Source: Felis catus (lineage: Eukaryota). Taken from it: DNA of 64,000 nucleotides. The notes under the pieces were generated by a model, which was given only the letters and a program-made list of their open reading frames with translations, was not told where the DNA came from and did no database searches. The DNA lies in contig NC_058373.1 in assembly GCF_018350175.1 (NCBI RefSeq), positions 116,562,001-116,626,000 of the forward strand, read 5' to 3'. A program made the translations under genes and the position numbers. Below are positions 46,113-56,822 of this stretch, in pieces (the stretch's first letter is position 1; the number at the start of each line of letters is the position of its first letter).

Positions 46113-47756
46113 TAAAAGTTCATGAAGTTTGGGATGCGACATGGTGGGGGAGAAGGTTAATTGTTAGACCAGCCTTCCTTCTCTGAAAACATTATGTGTA
46201 AGCTGTCTGTCTGTACAAAGAATCCTGGGTGAAAGGCCTTGATTGCCCCCTCCTACCCCTCTCTTTGGTGGAGCTGAAATCCATCATCAGGCTTGTTTTC
46301 CTTAGATTGGTTGGAGGACAAACTTGTCTTTAGCAGTTACTCTAATTTTCATATTTCTCAGAATGATCAGGGAAAAGAAAGCTTGAAAAAGCCCAGAGTG
46401 GTAGTTACCTTGCACTTAGTGTACACCCACTCGTGCAGGCTTTTCTTCAGCATTTTGTTATTTTTTTTTCTTGCTGCTTTTACAGTGTAGGTGGCCTTCT
46501 CTAGATTGCTTTTGACAGGAAATTGAGCAACCTTTCTTTTTTGGAACAGAATATATTTTACTGGGGAGAGGGAAAAGAAATAAAGTGTTTATGTTTTGAA
46601 ATTTAATTATGAATTTTTTATTTGAAGACTGATTTCAATCTCGAAACACAGAGGCTGGGTGAAATGAATTTCATATCGTGCGTTAATATTTCTGAACCTT
46701 CCCAGTAATTTTTCAGCCTTCCTTTTTTTTCCCTTTCTGGTAGAAAGAAAGGAAGGCCTGAAAATCATTTCGCTTCATAAAGCAAAAAGTACTTTCCTTT
46801 GTTCTCTGAGCCACTGATGGGTGTTAAGAAGTCCTCTCTGACCAGGTCATTAGTTTCTAGCTTTTGTCTGAGGCTGCCCTCCCCAGTTGTCTTCGTCCTC
46901 TAAGGGGGGAGGTGTGATGGGCTCTACACTGGCTTCACAGCATCTTGAATCTAGACTGTATGTTAGCCCTCCCTCTGGACAAGCACATCGCTCAGTCAAG
47001 TTTCCTAATGGTTCGGCTAGTGCAGAGGTGCCCGGAGCACGGGTAGGGAGCTCCAGGTGGGAGCGCGGCTCCGACTCGGGTTCAGCCTACCCCGCCAAAC
47101 CCCCTGCCTGTGCTTTGGGGTTATGGATGCCAGTCTACCCACCGCCCACCACTCATCCAGGTGCTCACTGCCTGCGGGGATTATGCTTTGAGTTTGATTT
47201 AGGTAGTTCCTCACAGCACCGGGGACTCAGAGGAAGAAATCAGTCTATAATTAGAATATAAACTCCTACACCACGTCAAGGAAATGTCCAGTTGGAATGC
47301 ACTAATCCTCATGGAATCTTTCTAAGTGTGTTCATAGATGATATCCTTTCGTTTGAGTTTTCAACTCCACATGTTTGTTCATGTACCTAACTGGTGCAAA
47401 TCAGCTGTCAGGTATGTCTCAGTTATGTAATTAGCTAGTTACAGCTCATTAATTAAGCTTGACAAAGCAAAGTATATGTTTTGAGTGTTACAGGTTTCTT
47501 TACCTATTCTGGGGGTGTGTTGTGTGGGGCCAGTCATGTAAAAACTGCAAGTTTTAGCAACTGGGATAGATACTGAAAGATCTGTTATCAGTAAGTCTCA
47601 TTTTGAATAAAGTGGATTTTGAAGTACCTGTATATTTAGCTGAATAAAAGATGAGAGTCCTGCTATCTTGGGTGACAGGCTGGGAAGAGGAACTTTGTCC
47701 ATCTTGTCTTTACCAGGAATTGAGAATATCTGTGAGGGAAACGAAGTTCTGGTTCT

Positions 47757-48218
47757 GTTTGTTTGTTTGTTTGTTTGTTTGTTTGTTTGTTTATTTTAGA
47801 GACAGAGAGAGGAGGAGAGATAGTGCGAGTGGGGGAGAGGGGCAGAGGGAGAAGGAGAGAAAATCTTAAGCAGGTTCCATACTCAGTGTGGAGCCCAATG
47901 CAGGGCACAACCCCATGACCCTGGGATCCTGGCCTGAGCTGAAATTAAGAGTTGGACGCTTGGGGCGCCTGAGTAGCTGAGTTGGTTGAGCATCTGACTT
48001 TGGCTCAGGTCATGATCTCATGGTTTGTGGGTTCGAGCCCCATGTTGGGCTCTGTGCTGACAGCTCAGAGCCTGGAGCCTGTTTCAGATTCTGTGTCTCC
48101 CTCTCTCTCTCTCTCTCTACCTTCCCCCGCTCGCATGATCTCCCTCAAAAATAAATAAAAATTAAAAAAAAAAAAAAAAGAGTTGGATGCTTAACTGACT
48201 GAGACACCCAGGCGCTCC
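47757..48218 (-). mobile_element. Older CAN-SINE with (TTTG)n tail, interrupted by a younger SINE
   Basis: Body resumes at 48178; outer TSD agttctg(g/a)ttct at 47745-47756 and 48219-48230. Confidence 0.92.
47962..48177 (+). mobile_element. CAN-SINE nested in the tRNA-like head of another SINE
   Basis: TSD aagagttgga(c/t)gctt at 47947-47961 and 48178-48192. Confidence 0.94.
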
Positions 48219-48559
48219 AGTTCTGATTCTTTTTAGTCTTCTTACCTTCCGTTTTTTTATATGCTTGGGAACAGACTTTTTGGGAGTTCACCTAGTTTGA
48301 TGCAGTATTTCTCCTCAGTGAAAATTTAAAAATTAGTTCCTTGGAAGCTCTTAAGGACATGTATACTCCGATTTATTTTAATATTTTTAGAATGGGTACA
48401 TGTACTGCCTGTTACTAATATGGGGCATGTTTGAATCTTTTAACTAATAATAAGCTCACTAGTCACAGGAAATGTAGTGGGAGCTTATAACCTACCTGAA
48501 ATGACCCGTGTGAGAATTGTAAAATTTCTAAATAATCAGAATGGTTGTTTGCTTTGGAA

Positions 48560-48782
48560 CAGGGTTTGTCATCCTCAGTGCTGTTGTCACTTGGGGCTGG
48601 ATAATTCTTCGGGGGGGGGGGGGCTGTCCTGTGCAGTGTAGGAGGGGTTAACAGCATCCTTGGCTTGCACCCATTGAATGCTGGTAGCATACGTCCTCTC
48701 CTTGCTGTGACAACCAAGAATATTCTCAGACCTTGTAAGATAGCCCCTGCAGTACAAAATCACCCCCTGTTGAGAACCACTG
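48560..48782 (-). mobile_element. MER20 (hAT-Charlie MITE)
   Basis: Reverse complement of recalled MER20 consensus (cagggttt...gctggataattctt...gctgtcctgtgcagtgtagg...caaaatcaccccctgttgagaaccactg); degenerate 8-bp TSD ctttggaa/gttcggaa. Confidence 0.92.
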
Positions 48783-49193
48783 GTTCGGAACAATTGTTCC
48801 CATAGGCACGTGACAGGCTGATTACATGAAAATCACTTTGTTGGGGGCCTTCTTACCCATTCAGGTTCCTGAGTTTCTCCTCAGACTTCCTGACCAGATT
48901 ATAGAGGCCCTGGATCGGCAATCTGCCTAGAGACTAAATAACTAGGTTTAAGAATTTGTTGTTTAAGTGGGAGTGGCTATTGGTTGGCTTACATTTAAAT
49001 GTGTGTTGAGCTACACATAGAGAGATTTCCAGTTAAAGAAGGTTTTAGGAGTGGGGCACAGCCTTTCACAGTTACGATTTGATTTGTAGCTGTGATTTTT
49101 CCCCCCTTAATATTGTGAAGTACAATTGTATGTTTTTTCAGAGTTTGAAAAGAACTTTATTATATACTGAAGTTCATCATTATTTTAATCTAG

Positions 49194-49260
49194 GTTTTGA
49201 GAGAATACCTCAGGTTGGACTCAAACGCAAGATTTACCGGTGACTTTGAAGTGGAATGAG
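49194..49260 (+). other. Candidate 67-nt non-coding cassette exon
   Basis: Acceptor ttattttaatctag and consensus donor GAG|gtgagt; stops in all frames. Confidence 0.25.
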
Positions 49261-52200
49261 GTGAGTTGGTGGCTTAGTCACAAAGTCACGCTGGGGGAAG
49301 GGCGTATCACTCACACTTTCGTGCTTGGAAGACCTGCTACTTGTCGTGAGATTTGGACCCCTCAAGTGTGGATCCTCAGTTTTTTCCTCACCGGATTTTC
49401 CTACTTCATTGTGTGACCGCTGACAGGCAGAAATGGAAACGGAGAGGATGCGAGGCTCCTGTGTAGTTTTTACTCATTGATTTCTGAATTCAGCGTCGTC
49501 ATCTTTGCAGATAAAATCGTTCAGGTTTTTTCCTGGATACTTAAATTAATAATAAGACGGCTTTTGTTACCTACTGATGCTCCCATTCCGTAGTAAATAC
49601 GTTTCAGAAAATCTCCTTTGGGTTTCTTAAAATGTGATGGGGGTTTATACCTCAACCCATGTTGTTAACTCTGGTACATTAGTGTATAATTTGGAAATTT
49701 TAGTTTGGATAAGCAGGGCTTATCCTGAAAAACTGAGAGATGGTTGGATGATGTACTGCCGACATTTACCGATGTGGGTCTTACCATTGATCTCAGAGTG
49801 CTTGCCCTTGGTTATTACTCCCGGGTAGGAGCCCAGGTCCACGTTAGGCGTGCTCTGATGTTTCAGTGGACGCTTCTCAGACACTTTAATAAGTTGTAAA
49901 AGGGTGTATGCTTATTGAGAAAAAACAACAGCTTCATTCTGATTGAGAGAGAGAGAGACATTTCCACAAGCTAAAAATGCTATAATATGCTTAAATATAA
50001 TTTAAACTCTGAAATTGAGATAAAGCAAGTGGTTTAGGGATATGTCTGTTTCATTGGTTTTGCTGAAACAAAGACCTGGGGATTTTTCTTATCTGCTGCT
50101 TCGTTGGGAGCAGAAGCACTACTGCTCTTCTGGAGCATTATGTCCTACAAAGGACGGTCAAGGTTATCTGAGCATCTCTCCATTGTAAACCTTTGTGCAG
50201 AGTTTAGGGCTTGTCTCCTGAAGCCCGCGGGGTAATTGGAGCGCTGCTTTCACAGTGGCTAGCTGTTTCCGACCTTCCTTGAATTTCAGGAAGAGGAATT
50301 GAGGAATGATTATCTCTGAAAATGTTTTTAAAGTGCATTAGGACACTTTCCTGCTAGCATTTATTTGACCAATCTCAGCATCATTCTTCTTTAATAACGT
50401 GAAATCCAAGAAGGATTTGTAGGTCTCTGTAATTTGTAGCCATTTGAAAAGCCCACGTCTTTTATTAGCAACACAATTGAAAACCTGTCTTTGAGAAAGT
50501 AGCATCTTTGGAACCATCAAAAATTGCTTAGTGGTGAAGCAGGAAGCCAGCAGGAATGCCCCATGACTGTAGCTCAGGTACTTTGTGAAGGAAGAGAAAT
50601 CCGTGCCCTCTGGTCTTCACCTCAATCTTGGAAGTTACTTTTCAGGGTTCACTTTTTTTCCCCTCCGGAGTGCCTGTATACAAGAGAAACATGTGCCTTC
50701 TGTGCAGTCCCCGTGTGTCTTTCTGTATTCTAAACACTCTTAAGTAAGGATCGGCTCCTGATTGAACTTGAGTGTGACAGTTGTCAGTGGAGGCCTTACG
50801 TTGAGGATTACTGTTGAGGCCAAGCTTGTTTAGCTTTCGTGTTGTAGCAGCTATACCTTGTCTTTTGAATTGAGTTGCTCAGCTTAACCTGAACCCTGGG
50901 GCACTTAAATCACTTCTTTTAATGGAGATAATATCTGATGATGCTAGTACAGTTTATCTGTTAGGTCAGGTGGGAGATTCTTCTCTTAAGCATTCATAAC
51001 TGGTCACACAGACAAGGGAGGCTTTGATCGAATGGTGTGCCAGACCTGTTGGTACCATGTCTCTTTCTTGGCCTTCTAAATGCACACTTACCTATCCAAA
51101 GACTCTCCGCTTAAGGGATGTCTGAATCAATTCGCTTCGTCAGAAGAAAACAGAAGTCTAAAAGACCACACCAAACCAAACAAACCCACGAAGCGTTACC
51201 TGTTCTGTCCCATGTGTCCCATGTGTATCTTCTTAAATCCACCATTCTCCTACATTTTTATTTATTTATGTTTTGAGTAATATTGTTCTAGAATACAAAA
51301 TCGAATTGAGAAAGCACACTTCTTTTCCTTCCCTTAAATTTTTTTGTTTCTATATTCTTTCTCAATGCCCAGCAAGAAACATAGAGTGATGTTAATTGAT
51401 GATAATCTGTGACTAAATTACTTGCTTTCCACATTGAAATATTTGAATAATTTTCCCAAATGTTTTATTTTTGCTTTGGACTTTCCCTTTCTTATGTAGA
51501 CAGTTACGTACTAATAGATGAGTGAGATGCTGTTTAAATTTTTCTCTTATTCCAGTTTGGTCATTGCGTCCTAGGTTTCTGCTTTTAATGGGAGAGCAGC
51601 TGAGGAAATTTTAAAAAGCTCTGCACTTCTTTCTTTTCTTGAGAATAGAATAAAAAAAAGAACAACTGGTCACATTTATGAGGACTGATAGTTTGCTGGC
51701 ATGAGACACAAAGGCAAAGACCTACTTTTAATTGTTTCATGGGAAGTCCCAACCATTTAGTAAGTATAAAAAGAAAAGAAAAGAAAATGTGTGTTGGTGC
51801 AGTCTCCTGGGCTTTTCTTGGTGCTGTTTGTGGTCGTAGCAAGAAACCTAATAATCGTAATGCCTTACTTACACTGGCCATCCAGACAACACAATGAGTG
51901 TAGCAGATTCAGAGGTCCGTTGAACACTGGAGTCTCCTCCCCGCTTGTCGAGCCTCACGTCCACTGATGCAGCTTCTCTCTTTTCTGCTTGTTGTTCTGA
52001 CGAACTGTGTCTTCCATAAAACCTAGGCGGACACTTTCCTCTTTAAAGGTAGTTCAGCGACAGTAAATTAATTGAGAACTGGATTTTGGATACACCAACT
52101 CAAAGAAGAACAGAACTCAAATGCTTACCTCCTGCAGACTTTTTAGAGGCTTTGGGTCAGCCTACATTGAAGTTTCCCAGGGGCACCGAGAGTACAAAAG

Positions 52201-53771
52201 AGAGACAACTTCTTAAGATCAATACTAGATGAAATTTTATTAACTAAATGCTGACTATATAATATAATATGAAATTATTAAAATTTTAATAGTTATAGCA
52301 AAGGGATTGATTGCCGAGTTGTCCTTTCTTCTCTGGCCATGACTAATTTTAATTGAGTTCGGCATGCCTTGGGTTATTCCAGTATACTTATTTATTATTC
52401 AAAGCCTCCATCTTTGTTCTTAAGAAAGAAAATTCTGTGAAATCCTTTGGCCTACCAAACATTTTTACCAGCCTATGGAACTGTGGTATGGCCCCTTCAC
52501 ATTTACTGCTAATATCATGCCCCTTTTTCTCTTGTGTAGGAACAACTTACTCTCACTGAATTTTTACCTTTACATTCTTCAAAACAGAACAGCACAGGTG
52601 TCCACATCAAATAAAGAGTAGCCTCTCTTAAACTCATTCTGGTGACAAATACAACAAATGCTCATAGGAATTGAATTAAGTTGTCTTTGGAAGAATGCCT
52701 TATTTCTTAGTACCTGGTCCTTATTTTGGGCCCTGGGTTTGATACGATTTTTTACACTGGTACCACGTTACCTAGTCAATTTCTCAAACCGTTTGTTTTC
52801 CGGTTGACTGTCCAGGAAATCTAAAATTTGCCAAATAGGAGTGGATTTGAGCAAATGTCTGAAGTAAAGAATCAGAAAAGAGAGAAGCAAGAACATGAAC
52901 GTGAGTGCTTGTGGGGAGAAGTTAGGGTGGCAGTGGTGCAGACCTCAGCCTCTCCCTTCCTTGAAAAGTTCGGTCGGTGGAGGGATTTTGAAGACTTGGC
53001 TTCTGGGAGCAGATCACAGCGTGGAACTGGAGATGAAGCTGGGGAGGAGTTTGAATCCCCAGTTCTTCATGATCCCGCTTTTGTCAAAGGACTCAGGACG
53101 CTTTGTGGCGGGGGCTTTATTTTACAACGTAGGCTTTATTCTAATCTTTGTCAGTATTTAAGCATATTTTACATATAAAAGGAAGTTGTAAATATGTTCA
53201 CCAGTATTTGAGTCTCTTTCATCAAAACCATGTGTGTAAAATTAAGGCAAAGGCGGGGGAAGTCTTCCATTTAGGGAAGTCCAGTATGGCCTATTTTGGG
53301 TTTTTGCTGCACCTGAGAGGATGACTTTATTGTATCTTTTTGGAAATGGTTTTTAACCACGAGCATATAGAGATGAAGGCCGTAGGCTTGAGGAAAGCTG
53401 TCTGCACAAAACATGCCAAGGCCACCAGTGAGTGGATGATAATAAAGAAAACGTGAGAGAGATGTGGACATGTGGCCTTTCCACGTGGCATCAGTGTTTT
53501 CAGAGCCGGGGATGTTTCCTGAGCCGTTGTTTGTCTCAGCACATGGGCTGGCTCTGTATTCTGCCATGATGGTTTCCTTAATAAAAATGCACTGACCCAC
53601 CACTGCTCTGGATGAGTGTTCAGTAGGTTAAATAATGAATGGCTGCTGAAGAACTAATAGACTTTGATTTTTTTCCCCCTCAGAGAGTAATTTTTTTTTT
53701 TTTTTAAGTCTATAACTTGATTTAGTAACTGGCCTTTTTCTGCTACTGACTGATGTTTTCTTTCCCCCTAG

Positions 53772-53807
53772 TCAACTGGAAAACAGATTGTTTGAGAAAT
53801 TGACTAG
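53772..53807 (+). other. Candidate 36-nt frame-preserving microexon (xQLENRLFEKLTx)
   Basis: Branch-like tactgac, tract gttttctttccccctag, donor TAG|gtaaca; one open frame, phase 2-2. Confidence 0.3.
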
Positions 53808-54228
53808 GTAACATTTGACGGGTATTGGTCTTTGTGTAGGGACCTCTGGATGTGTCTCAGCCTGAAAGCTTTTGTGGTTACAAGAAGTAAGGTGCAAGTA
53901 AGACATTCTACTTCTGTTGCCATTTGTCTCCCCTCTGAATTTATTAGTGGAAAAGTTAATTAAGTAAACAACTATTTAACACCTGTTATATAGAGTTTTT
54001 TGCTTGATGTTGACTAAGATAGAAATACCAAAAAACAAATGCCTCTTATACTCAAGTTGTTTTCCTGGAGAGAGAGATAAGACCTAATTAATTAAAAATT
54101 GCCATAATGAATGGCTAAATGTAATAAAACCTTTTGTAGAAATACAAGTAAAATGCATTGTGGTGTCCGTAGAGGGAGAATTATTAAATCCATGGAGGTG
54201 GCATCATTGGAACGGGGCGTTGAAAGAT

Positions 54229-54276
54229 CCATCCACCGCCCCCCCATCCACCCCCCCCATCCACCCCCCCACCCAC
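54229..54276. repeat. C-rich short tandem repeat (catccacCn)
   Basis: catccaccgcccccc catccacccccccc catccaccccccc acccac. Confidence 0.85.
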
Positions 54277-54425
54277 TAAAAGAGTAACATTTGTTTCTTC
54301 AGGTAACCAAAGTAATTCATATTTATTGTATAAATCTAGATGCTCCTAAGAGACACACAGATCAAAGTAAAAATCACCCAGTTCACACAATCCCCACCAC
54401 TCAGAGGTAACTATCCTTCTAAGCA

Positions 54426-54960
54426 TTTTTACTTTTTATTTATAAAAATTTTAAAACATACAGAAAAGTATAGAGAATAGCATAATGAGCCCTAATATAC
54501 CTAAATCATCTAGCTTTAACAATTATAGACATTTTGCCATTCTTGTTAACATCTATCTTCTTCCTGCTTTTGGGTTTTGTTCTGTTGTTTTGCTTTGTGT
54601 TTTGAGTTTTAAAGCACAACTTAGATATTATACCATTTTACCTATAAGTGCTTGAGTAAATATTTTTAACAGATAATCGCTTTTAAAAAGTCATAATGTT
54701 GTTATTCTTAACAAAGTTCACAGTTATTCTAATTTAATATTACTAGCTAGTTCTGTAATTTCCAGTTCATGTTTACTTTCTTCCATTGTCTCAAAAGTGC
54801 AGTGTTACAGTTTTGTTGGACTCAAGATCCAAGCAGGGTGGCACATTGCATTTGTCTCTTGTAGGTCTTTCTTAATGTGTAACATTTTCCCTTCCTGCTT
54901 TTTTGTCATGTAATTTATTACAGAAGAAACTAAGTCATTTGTTTTTTTTTAGAACTGCTA
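54426..54960 (-). mobile_element. L1MC/L1ME-like 3' end
   Basis: aattttaaaacatacagaaaagtatagagaatagcataatga...ttaacaattatagacattttgcc...caagatccaagcaggg..cacattgcattt. Confidence 0.8.
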
Positions 54961-55031
54961 AGATCTTAATAGTTTTCTTTCATTTTTGTTCTTCTGTGTG
55001 ACCATGTATACATTTTAAAAGCAAAATTGGA

Positions 55032-55262
55032 GGGGCGCCTGGGTGGCTTAGCAGATTAAGCATCCGAAATCGGACGCTTAGGTCATGAACTTGATGTTTG
55101 TGAGTTCGAGCTCCACGTCAGGCTCTGCACTGATAGATGGGATCCTGGAGCCTGCTTGGGATTCTATGTCTTCCTGTCTCTCTCTCTCTTCCCCACTCAT
55201 GCTCGGTCTCTCTCTCTCTCTCTCTCTTCTCTCTCAAAAATAAACATTAAAAAAATTTAAAA
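55032..55262 (+). mobile_element. CAN-SINE
   Basis: Full body; TSD aaaagcaaaattgga at 55017-55031 and 55263-55277. Confidence 0.93.
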
Positions 55263-55723
55263 AAAAGCAAAATTGGAATCCTGTGCATGCTGTTTTATAA
55301 ACCATTTTTATACTTAGTGCTATAAGGAGGACGTTTTCCTATTAATTTACTGTTCTACAACTTATTTTCTGTTAAATCATGGCATTGTAGTAACTAAAAA
55401 TGAGAAAGATACATTTGGTTATATTTAAAGTAAATCTTACATTAATTACAGGTATTGCAGCAACAAATTTCTTATTGCTTTTCTCCCTACCTCCTTTCCT
55501 TCCTTCTTCCCTTCTTCTCTTTTCCATTCCAGCAGCTAGCTGTTATGGGTAGATGTAACATCAGCGATGCAGTTCTTGGAATTGAGAGTGTATTTTATTT
55601 TCCGTGAGTCAGGAAAAGCCAGGCTGATGGTGCGCTGACAGGGTTAAAAATGGAGGAGTTAAATGGTGCCCATCCAAACCCTGATTTTCTGAAGAGTCCC
55701 ACTACAAGAAAGGGACCCTTATT

Positions 55724-55943
55724 TATTTTTTTTATTTTTTTTTAACGTTTATTTATTTTTGAGACAGAGAGAGACAGAGCAGGAACGGGGGAGGGTCAGA
55801 GAGAGGGAGACACAGTATCTGAAACAGGCTCCAGGCTCGGAGCTGTCAGCACAGAGCCCGGCGTGGGGCTCGAACTCACGGACTGCGAGATCATGACCTG
55901 AGCCGAAGTCGGCTGCTTAACCAACTGAGCCACCCAGGCGACC
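55724..55943 (-). mobile_element. CAN-SINE (felid SINEC)
   Basis: Perfect TSD caagaaagggacccttatt at 55705-55723 and 55944-55962. Confidence 0.95.
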
Positions 55944-56034
55944 CAAGAAAGGGACCCTTATTGTTGTTACCAGAAGATGATCTTTATTAACAAGTTAAGT
56001 TTGGGGAAAAAAAAAAAAAAAAAAGAAAAGAAAA

Positions 56035-56117
56035 GGGCCACCAAGGTGGCTCAGTCAGTCAAGCATCTGACTCTTGATTTCAGCTCTCTCTTTTTCTAAA
56101 AAAAAAAAAAAAAAAAA
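56035..56117 (+). mobile_element. Internally deleted mini-SINE (head fused to CT linker and poly-A)
   Basis: ggtggctcagtcagtcaagcatctgactcttgatttcagctc joined directly to tctctttttct and an A run. Confidence 0.8.
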
Positions 56118-56190
56118 GTTAAATTTACATCCTCACAAACATAGGCCCCACTGGTGGGAAAGGACTCCAAGTGGTAAAGGGAGCATGCCA

Positions 56191-56364
56191 GGGGCCCCTG
56201 GGTGGCTCAGTCGCTTAAGCATCTGACTCTTGACTTCAGGTCAGGTCACGATCTTGCGGTTTGTGAGATTGATCCCTGTGTGGGGCTCTGTGCTGACATC
56301 ATGGAACTCCTTGGGATTCTCTCTCTCCCTGTCTCTCTGCCCCTCCCCTGCTCTTGTGCGTATG

Positions 56365-56404
<40 letters not shown>

Positions 56405-56428
56405 CAAATCAACTTAAGAAAAACTATA
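56191..56428 (+). mobile_element. CAN-SINE
   Basis: Full body with (CT)n; TSD aaagggagcatgcc at 56176-56189 and 56429-56442. Confidence 0.94.
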
Positions 56429-56753
56429 AAAGGGAGCATGCCTATTTTGGTTGAGATGTTACTGTCTTAACTTTTTTTTTTTAAACATTTCTATGTTAGG
56501 CCCTCTTTAGTGACTGTCAAGTTTTTAGCCTGGGAAAAGAATGTGTATGCAGGCTCACGCCCGTCATAATGTATTCTACCAGCTGCAGCTTTGTGTGGCC
56601 GTGTAATCAGTCGGCAGGATCTTCTGCTCTCTGTCAGACAAAACCCCAGCTTCATTCGTGATGTTCTGGTTCCTCCTGGTAGTTTGTCTTTTTACACTTG
56701 ATTAGATTTTGATTTAGCAGTGGTTACGGAAATATTATCTGTATTTCACCTTC

Positions 56754-56822
56754 TTTTTTTTTTTAAGATCTCATTTTTAAGTAATCTCTACACCCAGGAT
56801 GGGGCTTGAACTCACAACTCTG
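56754..56822 (-). mobile_element. Truncated short-type carnivore SINE
   Basis: tttttaagatctcatttttaagtaatctctacacccaggatggggcttgaactcacaac. Confidence 0.75.

Noticed and set aside
46887..47261. 124-aa ORF in a GC-richer patch
   Set aside because: TTG start, overlaps MIR-like sequence, no recognisable domain or splice sites
52828..53178. 116-aa charged ORF
   Set aside because: Purine-rich sequence resembling decayed antisense L2 (ggagatgaagctggggagg); TTG start, no splice context
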